Both the position numbers and the translations under genes were made by a program. This document shows, piece after piece, positions 33,001-40,764 of a DNA stretch of 41,214 bases (position 1 is its first letter; the number at the start of each line of letters is the position of its first letter). Origin of the DNA: an uncultured Candidatus Peribacteria bacterium (lineage in GTDB: Bacteria > Patescibacteriota > Gracilibacteria > UBA1369 > 2-02-FULL-48-14); assembly GCA_964356195.1 (NCBI GenBank), contig CAYHGP010000006.1, forward strand, positions 1 through 41,214, written 5' to 3'. The notes under the pieces were generated by a model that saw only the letters and a list, made by a program, of their open reading frames with translations, was not told the origin of the DNA and searched no databases.

Positions 33001-35252
33001 GTTTCTAACTGTCCTCTTGTCATGGCGTCTTGTGGGTGCTCGCTGATGTATTCTTTTTGCTCCGCTTCTTCCAGGGTATATTCTTCACCCAAGTCTACGG
33101 CTGTACCCAAACGGACGAGTTGCTTTTGGGTGTCGTCGGCGAGGACGGTTTGCATGGTGTCCCAGGTCATGGGCGTTTTATATTTTTCTTTGGTGGTGTA
33201 GAGCCCTTTGTAAACGTTGTCGATTTCTTCTTGAGTGATGCCGCCTTTCTTTTCAAGTTTTTCTAATTTTCTCATGAACTGTTTTTTCTCACGGGCAGTC
33301 ATTTCATAGTTGTCGCTGGCGAATTTCTTACCTTTTGCGAGGGTAATAACGTCATTGTCCGCTAATTTTTGTACGGCTGCGTCGAGGTGTGCTTTCCCTT
33401 CCGGAGTCATGACATAGACTTCTTTGGAAAGCACTTCATCGGCGGAGGCATCCACCACTCCTTTTGCACGGAGGAGGTTCAAATTGTCCACGAATTTTTG
33501 TTTACCTGTTTCCGTGAGCTCGAGTGCTCCCGTTTTAGGGTTGTGGGTGAGGGCGGATTGAATGAGGTACTGCCACGCCGCTTTGTCGGAAATGTACTGC
33601 TCCATGCGGTCGGCGGTTTGTACGTTTCTAGGGATGAGGATCCTTTCTTTTCCACCTTTTGGGAAAGGATTCCATTCTGTTCTATAGAGTTGTGCTTTCC
33701 CTTCATAAAGTTGCATATTTACCGCTTCTCCTTTTAGGAGAGGGCCCGCGTTAGTTTTATCGAAAAGACGGTTTGCAACCGCTTCTAGGCTTTGAATGTC
33801 TGTCGTCTCTTCAAGTTTTTCACTCTCTTCCGTTGAGGTTTTTTCGTCACGAACGTCGAGTTTTTCAATGGAATTTATAAAAACCCAGGCTGCGCCGTAG
33901 AATTTCTCAATATTGGCGAGTTCCTTTTGCATATCCTCTTTTCGCTCAGGAGTGAGCTGCTTTTTGTACCTGTGGCCTTTCCCTCGGGTTACATAATAGT
34001 AACCATCGCTTACTATTTTACTTAGGTCTTCTTCTCTTTTTACGAGTTCATTGGGACCTCGGTGGAAAACGGCTTGAGTTACTTCTTGGTAGGTGACTTT
34101 ATTAGGATCACCTAAGAAAGTTTCCCGGCGGATTTCTTCCCACATTGCTGTTTCTGAACTTTTCCCGGCAATAGTGCTGAGCGTTTTTAAGGAGCCCAAA
34201 ATTTGGCTACCAAAGTCGAGGTCGTAGAATTTTTCGGCGTAATCATGGTCGGTCCACTCCTTCATGACGTCGGGAACCATTTTAAATACTCCTCGTGTTA
34301 GGCCTGCGCGTCCTTCGTCGATGTGTTGGGCTTGGAGTGCGTCCTCTCCCTCTATAAAGGTGGCGAGACGCGCGTCAGCCGCCTTTTGTTCCGCAGATTT
34401 TTCGGGGGTGGCTGGGGCGGCTGTAAAGGCTTCTCTTGGAGCGGGTGGCACTCCTCGTGCCTCTTCTTCATCCCAAGTTTCACGTAAGCCAGCCGTTCCT
34501 TTCGGACGTCCACTTTCATGCTCTGTAGGGAAAGGTCGCCCGGTAACAGTACTGATGCCGGCTTCGGCAACCAGAGGTGCTGTTTCAGGTTGAGGTACCG
34601 GCGTTGGTGCTGGTGTTTCACCTGCTTCATGAGACAAAACAGTGAGTTCGTAGTTGTCTTTCACAACTACATAGGCGCCGTTCGAGTCTACAAATTTTCC
34701 CGCGTATTTTCCGTCTTTTGCGCGGACGGCTTCTATAGGTTTGCTTGCACCGGGTATTTTAACACTGACTTTGGTCACCTTTTCGGGAACGAGGTTGGTG
34801 ATTCCAAATTTTAGATAGGCTTGGTCTCCAAAACTTTGTGACCAGCCTTTGTGAAAATCCACAAGGTACTTGCTTCCGTTCCCAAATTCATCATTGGCTT
34901 CATCCGGTTGAACGCGTTCTGTATTTCCTGTCGTTCTTCGGAGGAAGATCGGTGCAAAGTTCTCCGCTAACCCATCGTTGAGAGCCTTGAGGTCCTCGGC
35001 ACTCTTCAGTAAAACGTCCATTTTCGCTTTGTCGTGTTCGTCGAAATCGCCGTCTTTCGCCAGTTCTTCTCCTTTGGCGATGAGCTGCTTGGATTGTTCG
35101 CTGGAAATTTTCCCGGACAATTCTGAGCGTTGAACGTCTCTACTGTCCCAGCTTGCGATTTCTGCTACCGGTTCAGGCGTGCTTTCCAAAAAAACAAGCC
35201 TGTTTTGGAGGAATGGAGCTTCGAATCCACGATTTCTACAAGAGATTGCCAT
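30042..35252 (-). CDS. Giant orphan protein (1736 aa) with no signal peptide and no recognisable domain
   Basis: The ORF is uninterrupted over 5.2 kb with protein-like composition. It has only three Cys, a Pro-rich linker (ETPAPTPVPQPETAP), a central Gly-rich amphipathic segment and a disordered acidic/Gly/Pro tail. I recognised no Walker, HExxH, YD or RHS motifs. Confidence 0.85.
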   Translation of the reverse strand: MAISCRNRGFEAPFLQNRLVFLESTPEPVAEIASWDSRDVQRSELSGKISSEQSKQLIAKGEELAKDGDFDEHDKAKMDVLLKSAEDLKALNDGLAENFAPIFLRRTTGNTERVQPDEANDEFGNGSKYLVDFHKGWSQSFGDQAYLKFGITNLVPEKVTKVSVKIPGASKPIEAVRAKDGKYAGKFVDSNGAYVVVKDNYELTVLSHEAGETPAPTPVPQPETAPLVAEAGISTVTGRPFPTEHESGRPKGTAGLRETWDEEEARGVPPAPREAFTAAPATPEKSAEQKAADARLATFIEGEDALQAQHIDEGRAGLTRGVFKMVPDVMKEWTDHDYAEKFYDLDFGSQILGSLKTLSTIAGKSSETAMWEEIRRETFLGDPNKVTYQEVTQAVFHRGPNELVKREEDLSKIVSDGYYYVTRGKGHRYKKQLTPERKEDMQKELANIEKFYGAAWVFINSIEKLDVRDEKTSTEESEKLEETTDIQSLEAVANRLFDKTNAGPLLKGEAVNMQLYEGKAQLYRTEWNPFPKGGKERILIPRNVQTADRMEQYISDKAAWQYLIQSALTHNPKTGALELTETGKQKFVDNLNLLRAKGVVDASADEVLSKEVYVMTPEGKAHLDAAVQKLADNDVITLAKGKKFASDNYEMTAREKKQFMRKLEKLEKKGGITQEEIDNVYKGLYTTKEKYKTPMTWDTMQTVLADDTQKQLVRLGTAVDLGEEYTLEEAEQKEYISEHPQDAMTRGQLETIQEMGMDLSPAELKQASDNLHEFNLGTAGIIMNSIDGGKPDIGGAFDANVPIPLTDDGSLVMHVGFKNNTITHQFEFHAGLAGHKEFGQSKFGQFDVGFHAGAQVGLDNTGTGPNAGLGIGAGVNLGYEMGPHRVWKISVGAGAGLDASSMATAFVLTVGIDRNMKQVVERKAAKIGEKQKETVADALRTYESLLVPGTMTAEEFKAFQQNMLVGLHQQFGDQAIEDLKHVQFLGLGLAYIPGMAFPIPYIKMGWRGKKFLAYSRPKEAVNLDYVAAVRIQRALATQAAVAPGEIQAVHVYESGLLQREAKNGSTTITQSQDLSIRGAASQAEMDARLHGVEEQGLHLEGTRDGEIKLDVFKVDGSVDLYVDPKSGIQSYIGPEGSIYLNLDKSDKLFIRRVDEYFPFESFGQTHRVKLYITNNPHVESRVMEGESSSHLHYTEAMGGTRTQAEIVADREGGESSIYASKEAMGTEGGIAEGNALTEIIDDQANREAIRLQMRGLLDQEHTGPALDETTRGEIEAMASTLLAWDPATTFVKDGVRQNRPYADLDEKQQADFTRRRKYKNLSLGVNEDGTPADYGALVKDITEQAAAMAVPPGKPIEWWDNTKMTYMLQACTVEAAGELYSREPGPFEAAREHNIEWNTKQTTKYLIEGGMKPPEYPEGMAASVAEKMVKQFFDPASKHSVAPIGGEGGDYTASEITAGSIVHIMVGTEGIEGYRENFWDPEGKGRMLDATNITPEALRAAFPTLTGPEIAAFIEVATGVLSPLGYEGSDKIAESNPDKLMHSQIGLEVLDAADIIFSPAEGAQLVQLFQLAQTKTPTGSFLSTYDKIPEGSRAIYKKYADIVKQLRDTQRYEDARVILTTKQVKTVGLYEKCVNFTVTMNEPLNVEVKVTGGGNQAAQAEVRDYLSARKGTHVIGAGVAVAYSEETTPELVGEKEPDPSDQGTGPRPELGSGRPEVHPLQDGTGGESGAADLQDE

Positions 35253-35318
35253 ACGTTTTGTTTTGATTTGAATCTATACATGATATCATAAAAGCACTTT
35301 TCTCGCAATAGCCTCGCC

Positions 35319-35987
35319 ATGGCGTTTCAGACACCCATTCTCATCACCAATTTCAAGTGCTACCAAGAGTCCACGGGGGCTCGGGCGGTGGAGCTTGCCA
35401 AGCTTCATGAGCGTGTGGCGAACGAACTGGGTGTGAATGTGGCGGTTGTTGGAATGACTTTGGATCTTTCGATGCTCGCCATGAGTGTGAGTATTCCTGT
35501 TTTGGCTCAGCACTTGGATGGCATCGGTTGGGGCGCTTATACCGGTTTGATTCCGGTGGAAGTGGCGCGCAGCAGTGGAATTGACGGAGCGATGTTGAAT
35601 CACTCGGAGCGACGAATTTCGGACGCGGATATTGGCCGTGCTTTGGAACGGATGAAGGCCTTGAATATGCTGTCCTTGGTGTGTGCTGAAAATTTGGAAG
35701 AGGGGCGTAGGTTCGCAGAAATGGGTGCGGATTTTATAGCGATCGAAGTGCCGGAACTGATCGGTGGGAATGTTTCTGTTTCCACGGCGCATCCCGAGCT
35801 GATTTCGGAAGCGGTGGCTAAGATCGGCGCCGGGAAAGTGATTGTGGGGGCCGGCATTAAAACCGCCGAAGATGTGCGCGTTGCCATAAAGCTCGGGGCT
35901 GTTGGAGTTTTGGTTTCCAGCGGTATTGTGAAAGCAGCCGATCCTTTGGCGGCGATTCGTGAACTGTGCGGGGCGTTGAAACCTTAA
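35319..35987 (+). CDS. tpiA: Triosephosphate isomerase, archaeal (short, about 222 aa) type
   Basis: ILITNFKCYQESTG...PVLAQHLD...GAMLNHSERR...FIAIEVPELIGG...VGAGIKTAEDVRVAIKLGAVGVLVSSGIVKA aligns along its full length with my recollection of Pyrococcus TIM (IAINFKTY...LLNHSENR...VEPPELIGTG...CGAGISTGEDV...GVLLASGV). Confidence 0.85.
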   Translation: MAFQTPILITNFKCYQESTGARAVELAKLHERVANELGVNVAVVGMTLDLSMLAMSVSIPVLAQHLDGIGWGAYTGLIPVEVARSSGIDGAMLNHSERRISDADIGRALERMKALNMLSLVCAENLEEGRRFAEMGADFIAIEVPELIGGNVSVSTAHPELISEAVAKIGAGKVIVGAGIKTAEDVRVAIKLGAVGVLVSSGIVKAADPLAAIRELCGALKP

Positions 35988-35999
35988 TTTTTTGGACTT

Positions 36000-37229
36000 A
36001 TGGCAAAATTGGCCGGGGGACTTTTCCCTCGAATTGTTGCGCTGTTTCCTCTGATGTTTCCGCTCTACCTTTTCCGCGGAACTTTTTTTGGAGTGCCTGT
36101 GACTTTGCCGGAAGTGGGTCTCGGTGTTTTGTTCGTTTGGTTTTTGCTGCAACTTTGGCAGGATGGAGAGCTGCGACGAATTGGTGGACGAATTGACTGG
36201 AAGCTCGCCCCCATTTTTTTGTTTTTGGCCGCGGCCGTAGTGGGCGTTTTGGTGGCTCCGGACACGGCTACCATGATGGATGGAACGGAGTTTCCCGCGC
36301 AGGCGAAAGCCTTTGGGATTTTGAAGGGCTGGATACTGGCGCCCCTTTTATATTTCGTGATGGCGCGTAGCGTTTTCCGCGAAAAACCCGCGCTCATTCC
36401 TCTGGCTTTGCGCGCCCTCTTGGTTTCCGGCGTTGTACTTTCCTTAATGGCGCTGCAACAGGTTTGGACCGGGGAATTTTCGACCCTGGACGGACGCGCT
36501 TCGGGGCCGTTTGAGTCGGCGAATTATTTGTCTTTGTACTTGGGGCCTTTGGTGCTTTACGCAGGCTTGGCGTTTTGGCGGGCTGAAGGAAAAGCCGAGC
36601 GGATTTTTTTGGGAGTGAGTGGCGTGGTGGTTTTGCTGGGTTTGTATTTTAGTGAATCGTACGCGGCATGGATTGCGGTTTTGGCTGCGCTCACTTTGGC
36701 AGGTTTATTGTTTGCCAGGAAGAAGGGGAGGAAGGCGTTCTGGCTGGCTTTTGGCGGGCTTTTTGTGCTTGGCTTGGGGCTGGTTTTATCTCAACTTGGC
36801 AGTGAAAAATTCACGCAGTTTTTCGAATTTTCAGAGCGCTCCTCGTCGAGTGTTCGCATCCAAGTGTATGAAATCAGTTTTGCATTGCTCAAAGAACATC
36901 CTTTACTGGGAATCGGTCTTGGGCAATTTGAACAGCAATATCAGGAAGTGGCGGTTTCTACTTTGGTGGGAGCACCTTTTGAGTGGAATATGCTGCATCC
37001 TCATAACATCTTTCTGGCGTTTTGGCTGAACATGGGTTTGGCGGGTTTGGTGGCTTTTGTTTGGCTCTGCGGTCGAGCTTTTTTGTGGCTCACCGAGGAG
37101 GATAAAAAAGAGCGCCACCTCGCGGCCCTTATGCTCGTGGTCATCGTGATTCACGGATTTTTCGATACGCCCTACTTCAAAAACGACCTCGCTTTTCAGT
37201 TTTGGTTACTCATGGCGATGCTGATTTAA
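36000..37229 (+). CDS. O-antigen ligase-like (Wzy_C domain) polytopic membrane protein
   Basis: 409 aa with about ten TM segments. A loop followed by LLKEHPLLGIGLGQFEQQY...HPHNIFLAFWLNMGLAGLV is typical of the O-antigen ligase/polymerase family. Confidence 0.7.
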   Translation: MAKLAGGLFPRIVALFPLMFPLYLFRGTFFGVPVTLPEVGLGVLFVWFLLQLWQDGELRRIGGRIDWKLAPIFLFLAAAVVGVLVAPDTATMMDGTEFPAQAKAFGILKGWILAPLLYFVMARSVFREKPALIPLALRALLVSGVVLSLMALQQVWTGEFSTLDGRASGPFESANYLSLYLGPLVLYAGLAFWRAEGKAERIFLGVSGVVVLLGLYFSESYAAWIAVLAALTLAGLLFARKKGRKAFWLAFGGLFVLGLGLVLSQLGSEKFTQFFEFSERSSSSVRIQVYEISFALLKEHPLLGIGLGQFEQQYQEVAVSTLVGAPFEWNMLHPHNIFLAFWLNMGLAGLVAFVWLCGRAFLWLTEEDKKERHLAALMLVVIVIHGFFDTPYFKNDLAFQFWLLMAMLI

Positions 37230-37819
37230 AAGAGTCCCCAGTGATTGTTCGCGTAGATGAGAGCGGCGATGATAAGAACAATCACAGCCATGCCTCGTAC
37301 TGCGTTTGCGATGAAGCTTCTTAGCTGCAGTATGTTCATGGGGGTGGGAAGGTATTTTGCCACTTCCGGGTTCTTCAGAAGTTCCGGCATCTCTTTTGGG
37401 CTTAGTTTGCTGCTGAGTTTTGGGAACCGCTGCAGTTCCTCATCCTTAAGTACAAAACTGACCGGTAAGAGTTTTTCGTCTTTGAATTTCAGAAAGATCA
37501 TATTCCGTTTGAACATATCCTTGGCGGTCTTAAGCTCCGAAAAAGTGGAGTAAGGGATTTGCAACGTGGGTAGGAAGGGGATTTTTACCAAGAGTTTATC
37601 GCCTTCTTCCGCCAGTTTTCCGGCGTGATTACGAATCGCCAAATGTCCAAAATGAAATTCCGGGGTGGGCGAGGCGGAGTCCGGAATTTTGGTACTCACT
37701 CCAAAACGCTCTGTTAGAGGCTTAAAGCTTAATTTTTGAAATTTGGAGCCCACAAACACTACAAGCCCTACACTTGCAAGTGGAAGGAGAATGAGGAGAA
37801 GCACGGCAAAAGCTTGCAT
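37226..37819 (-). CDS. Hypothetical bitopic membrane protein (N- and C-terminal TM segments flanking a soluble domain of about 140 aa)
   Basis: 197 aa. Its start codon overlaps the stop of the upstream eRF1-like gene (TGATG). Its 3' end overlaps the ligase-like gene by 4 nt. Confidence 0.55.
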   Translation of the reverse strand: MQAFAVLLLILLPLASVGLVVFVGSKFQKLSFKPLTERFGVSTKIPDSASPTPEFHFGHLAIRNHAGKLAEEGDKLLVKIPFLPTLQIPYSTFSELKTAKDMFKRNMIFLKFKDEKLLPVSFVLKDEELQRFPKLSSKLSPKEMPELLKNPEVAKYLPTPMNILQLRSFIANAVRGMAVIVLIIAALIYANNHWGLF

Positions 37820-38223
37820 CAGTCTTGTGGCAAGTGGAAGTAATTCTTCATGAATTCCGTCATTTCGGCCGCTGTAAGGTTGTCAGTGGTTTCCAGGCTC
37901 TTTAGTTTTTGGAAAAGGCCTTTGTTCTCCTCAAGAATATTTTTAAATTCGTTCTTGGCTGTCCCGGGGCCAAAGATTACAATTTCATCGGCATCTTGGA
38001 TGGTTTTAATGATTTCTCTTGAGAAGGCTTTCATTTCGTTGTGGCGGCTGTTGTCGTCTCTGTGTTGGTTCACAATGGTGACGTGTTCACCTCCTTCGCG
38101 GGTTCCTTTGTGGTGAGGCTCTACGTCAGAATTGAAATCGGTAAAATCCATTTCGGCGAGCTTGTTGGCTCGTATGACAGAGGCGTGTGCGTGGTCAATC
38201 CAGATTCCAATATACTTGTGCAT
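37819..38223 (-). CDS. eRF1/Pelota-domain-like small protein ('translational machinery protein' / host-attachment-like family)
   Basis: 134 aa. IGIWIDHAHASVI...HHKG...AFSREIIKTIQDADEIVIFGPGTAKNEFKNIL...LKSLETTDNLTAAEMTEFMKNYF matches the pattern I recall for this family (VWIDHxEARxF...HHK...ILixGPxxxKxEl...DHPTdxQLvaxArkxF). Confidence 0.55.
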   Translation of the reverse strand: MHKYIGIWIDHAHASVIRANKLAEMDFTDFNSDVEPHHKGTREGGEHVTIVNQHRDDNSRHNEMKAFSREIIKTIQDADEIVIFGPGTAKNEFKNILEENKGLFQKLKSLETTDNLTAAEMTEFMKNYFHLPQD

Positions 38224-38270
38224 GAGGGAGGGGTTACAAAAAATCTTGCCTTTATGATACTCTATTTTCC

Positions 38271-38630
38271 GTGGAAATTACAGGCAAAATTATTCATGGG
38301 GCGGGGCGCGGGAGAGGACTTGGGTTCCCTACCATCAATTTGGACGTGACTCCTGCGGACCTGGAATTTGGAGTTTATGCGGCCCGGGTTTTGATTGAAG
38401 GGCGGCGAGTTGCGGGGGCGGTGAATTATGGAACGCGGCCTACTTTTAATGAAACGGTGCCGGTTTTGGAGATTTTTTTATTGGATTTTTCCGGGGATGC
38501 GTATGGCGATGAGGCCACCGTGGAAGTGGTTCAAAAAATCCGTGATATAAAAAAGTTCGCTTCACCGGAAGAACTCAAGGTGCAGATGGGAAAGGATGTG
38601 GAGGAAGTGCGGAGGGTGCTTGCCACCTGA
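38271..38630 (+). CDS. ribF: Monofunctional riboflavin kinase (RibF C-terminal-domain type)
   Basis: 119 aa with a GTG start. GKIIHGAGRGRGLGFPTINLD...GVYAARV...AVNYGTRPTF...LEIFLLDFSGDAYGDE...IRDIKKFASPEELKVQMGKD is the bacterial RFK module only. It has no N-terminal FMNAT domain. Confidence 0.85.
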   Translation: MEITGKIIHGAGRGRGLGFPTINLDVTPADLEFGVYAARVLIEGRRVAGAVNYGTRPTFNETVPVLEIFLLDFSGDAYGDEATVEVVQKIRDIKKFASPEELKVQMGKDVEEVRRVLAT

Positions 38631-38666
38631 CAAATTCCTGAATTTTCTGGATTCAACTTGTCAGCC

Positions 38667-39986
38667 ATGTATAATGCTTTCGCTATGAGAGACTTCCTCA
38701 ACAATCTATTTCCGAATCAACACCCGCTTCGACTTTTCTATCATAAAGTTATCGCGGTTTTGGCGGCGCTGCGTTATGGATTTCCTGCCGGCAGTATTAC
38801 CGTAATTGGAGTGACCGGCACTAAGGGAAAAACCACCACGTGCAATATGCTGCACAAGATTTTTACGGAGGCCGGGAAGAAAACGGGGATGCTCACCACG
38901 ATCAACTTTAAGAATGGTGAAGAAGAGGAGGTGAATCTCACCAAGCAAACGACCATCAGCCCCTTTTTGTTACAAAGAAAAATTCGTGAAATGGCGAACT
39001 CACGTTGTGAAGTTTTGATTCTTGAAGTTACGAGCCACGCCATGATGCAGTCCAGGCTCTGGGGGATTAATGTGGATACTGCGGTGTTCACGAACCTGAC
39101 TCAGGATCATTTGGACTACCATGAGACGATGGAAGAATATCGCAATGCCAAGGGGCGTCTTTTTCAGCAGCTCAACTCTTCGGAGCGTAAGCCGGACACT
39201 CCAAAACTTTCTGTGGTGAACCAGGACGATCCCGAGCACGAGTACTTCAATCAATTCCCCAGTGATCAGCTTTTTGAGTTTGGAATTGTGAAAGGAACTT
39301 ATGCCGCTCGGGATTTGAAACCTAATCCGAATGGGACGCTGTTCACCTTGCGCATTCCGAATGGAGAAGTGGATGTGAATCTTAAAATTCCGGGACGAAT
39401 GAATGTGTACAACGCGTTGGCTGCTGCAACGGTGGCGACGGCGCATCGCATCAATCTTCAAACCATCAAGCAGGCGCTGGAGCGGATGAGTCCGATTCCC
39501 GGGCGCTTAGAACTTATTGATGAGGGCCAGCCGTTTACCGTGGTTGTGGACTATGCACACACCGAGGATTCTTTGGACCAAGTGCTGAGTATGTTTCGTG
39601 AACTTACGAAGGGAAAATTGATTGTGGTGTTTGGAGCGACGGGCGACCGTGATAAAACCAAACGTCCTAAAATGGGAGCCGTCGTCGACAAGTATGCGGA
39701 TTTTATTGTCCTTACGGATGATGACCCTTACACGGAAGAACACCGCAGCATCGCGGCTATGGTGAAGGAGGGAATTCCGCGACGTGAAGGAGATCGCTTT
39801 TGGGAAGTGCTGGATCGACGCGAAGCGATTCGTTTGGGTCTTTCCGAGGCAAAAGAAGGAGACACAGTGATTGTGGCTGGGAAGGGTGCTGAGGAATTTC
39901 AAGTGGTGGGAAGGCAGCGCATTCCTCATGACGACCGCAAAGTGGTGCGCGAATATTTGGGAAAGGCGCTTGATGTTGAAATTTAG
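38667..39986 (+). CDS. murE: Mur ligase, MurE-type (UDP-MurNAc-L-Ala-D-Glu:diamino-acid ligase) with a short N-terminal domain
   Basis: Motifs present: [88 protein letters not shown] and [10 protein letters not shown] prefer the ATG at 38667 to the TTG at 38658. Confidence 0.8.
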   Translation: MYNAFAMRDFLNNLFPNQHPLRLFYHKVIAVLAALRYGFPAGSITVIGVTGTKGKTTTCNMLHKIFTEAGKKTGMLTTINFKNGEEEEVNLTKQTTISPFLLQRKIREMANSRCEVLILEVTSHAMMQSRLWGINVDTAVFTNLTQDHLDYHETMEEYRNAKGRLFQQLNSSERKPDTPKLSVVNQDDPEHEYFNQFPSDQLFEFGIVKGTYAARDLKPNPNGTLFTLRIPNGEVDVNLKIPGRMNVYNALAAATVATAHRINLQTIKQALERMSPIPGRLELIDEGQPFTVVVDYAHTEDSLDQVLSMFRELTKGKLIVVFGATGDRDKTKRPKMGAVVDKYADFIVLTDDDPYTEEHRSIAAMVKEGIPRREGDRFWEVLDRREAIRLGLSEAKEGDTVIVAGKGAEEFQVVGRQRIPHDDRKVVREYLGKALDVEI

Positions 39987-39997
39987 CTCGCAGCTCT

Positions 39998-40681
39998 ATG
40001 TTTTTAATTATTGATAAGCCCAAGGGTTGGACCAGCCACGATGTTGTGGCCAAATTGCGTGGGGTTTTGAAGGAGAAGAAAATCGGACATTTGGGAACGC
40101 TGGATCCTTTGGCGACTGGCGTTTTAGTGGTGGCCGTGGGGCGCGATTCCACGAAACAAATCCAAAACTTTATGAAGCTGGACAAGGAATATGAAGCGGA
40201 AATGGAGCTGGGGAAGGAGTCGGATACTTATGATTCAGAAGGGGTGGTTCGTGAAACCGGTGTGGGTGCATTGGGGGTAATGGAGGCGCAGGTGCTTGCA
40301 GCCATGGAAAAGTTTTGGGGCAAAACTATGCAGATGCCGCCTGCTTTTTCGGCAAAAAAAATTCATGGAAAAAAAGCTTATGAATTGGCTCGAGCGGGTT
40401 TGCCGGTGGAACTCAAGGCGGTGGAAGTGGAAATGCATGGCAGCGATATTCGTGTAGATCTTCCTTTCGTGCGTTTCAAAGTTACGGTGAGCAGCGGAAC
40501 TTATGTTCGTTCGCTGGTTCATGACATCGGAAAAGCCTTGGGCTGCGGGGCGATTCTCACGGCGCTTCGTCGTACCCGAGTGGGCGATTTTAAAATTGAA
40601 GACGCTGAGGATATGAAACTTGAAACTCCAAACCCAAGGAGAGAAGTTCCCATGCCTTCTGCTCAGCACGGAGCGCTCTGA
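39998..40681 (+). CDS. truB: tRNA pseudouridine(55) synthase TruB (short form)
   Basis: [46 protein letters not shown] contains the catalytic Asp motif. It is 227 aa and has no obvious PUA domain. Confidence 0.9.
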   Translation: MFLIIDKPKGWTSHDVVAKLRGVLKEKKIGHLGTLDPLATGVLVVAVGRDSTKQIQNFMKLDKEYEAEMELGKESDTYDSEGVVRETGVGALGVMEAQVLAAMEKFWGKTMQMPPAFSAKKIHGKKAYELARAGLPVELKAVEVEMHGSDIRVDLPFVRFKVTVSSGTYVRSLVHDIGKALGCGAILTALRRTRVGDFKIEDAEDMKLETPNPRREVPMPSAQHGAL

Positions 40682-40754
40682 GAAAGTTCATGAACTTTCT
40701 CTCCGCTTCCTTTCACGTTTAGTGCTTCCCAGAAGGCATGGGAACTTCTCTTGG
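40634..40754. terminator. Nested inverted repeat between convergent truB and alr (probable bidirectional terminator or other structured element)
   Basis: The outer arms are 40634-40661 and 40730-40754: 20 perfect bp (agaagttcccatgccttctg / cagaaggcatgggaacttct), plus 5 more bp after a 3-nt bulge. The inner element is a perfect 22-nt palindrome, gagaaagttcatgaactttctc, at 40680-40701, which spans the truB stop codon. Confidence 0.5.
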
Positions 40755-40764
40755 TTATGGACTT

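Noticed and set aside
35286-36152. 288-aa minus-strand ORF covering tpiA
   Set aside because: It is antisense to a full-length archaeal-type TIM match. The translation is R/H/Q/N-rich.
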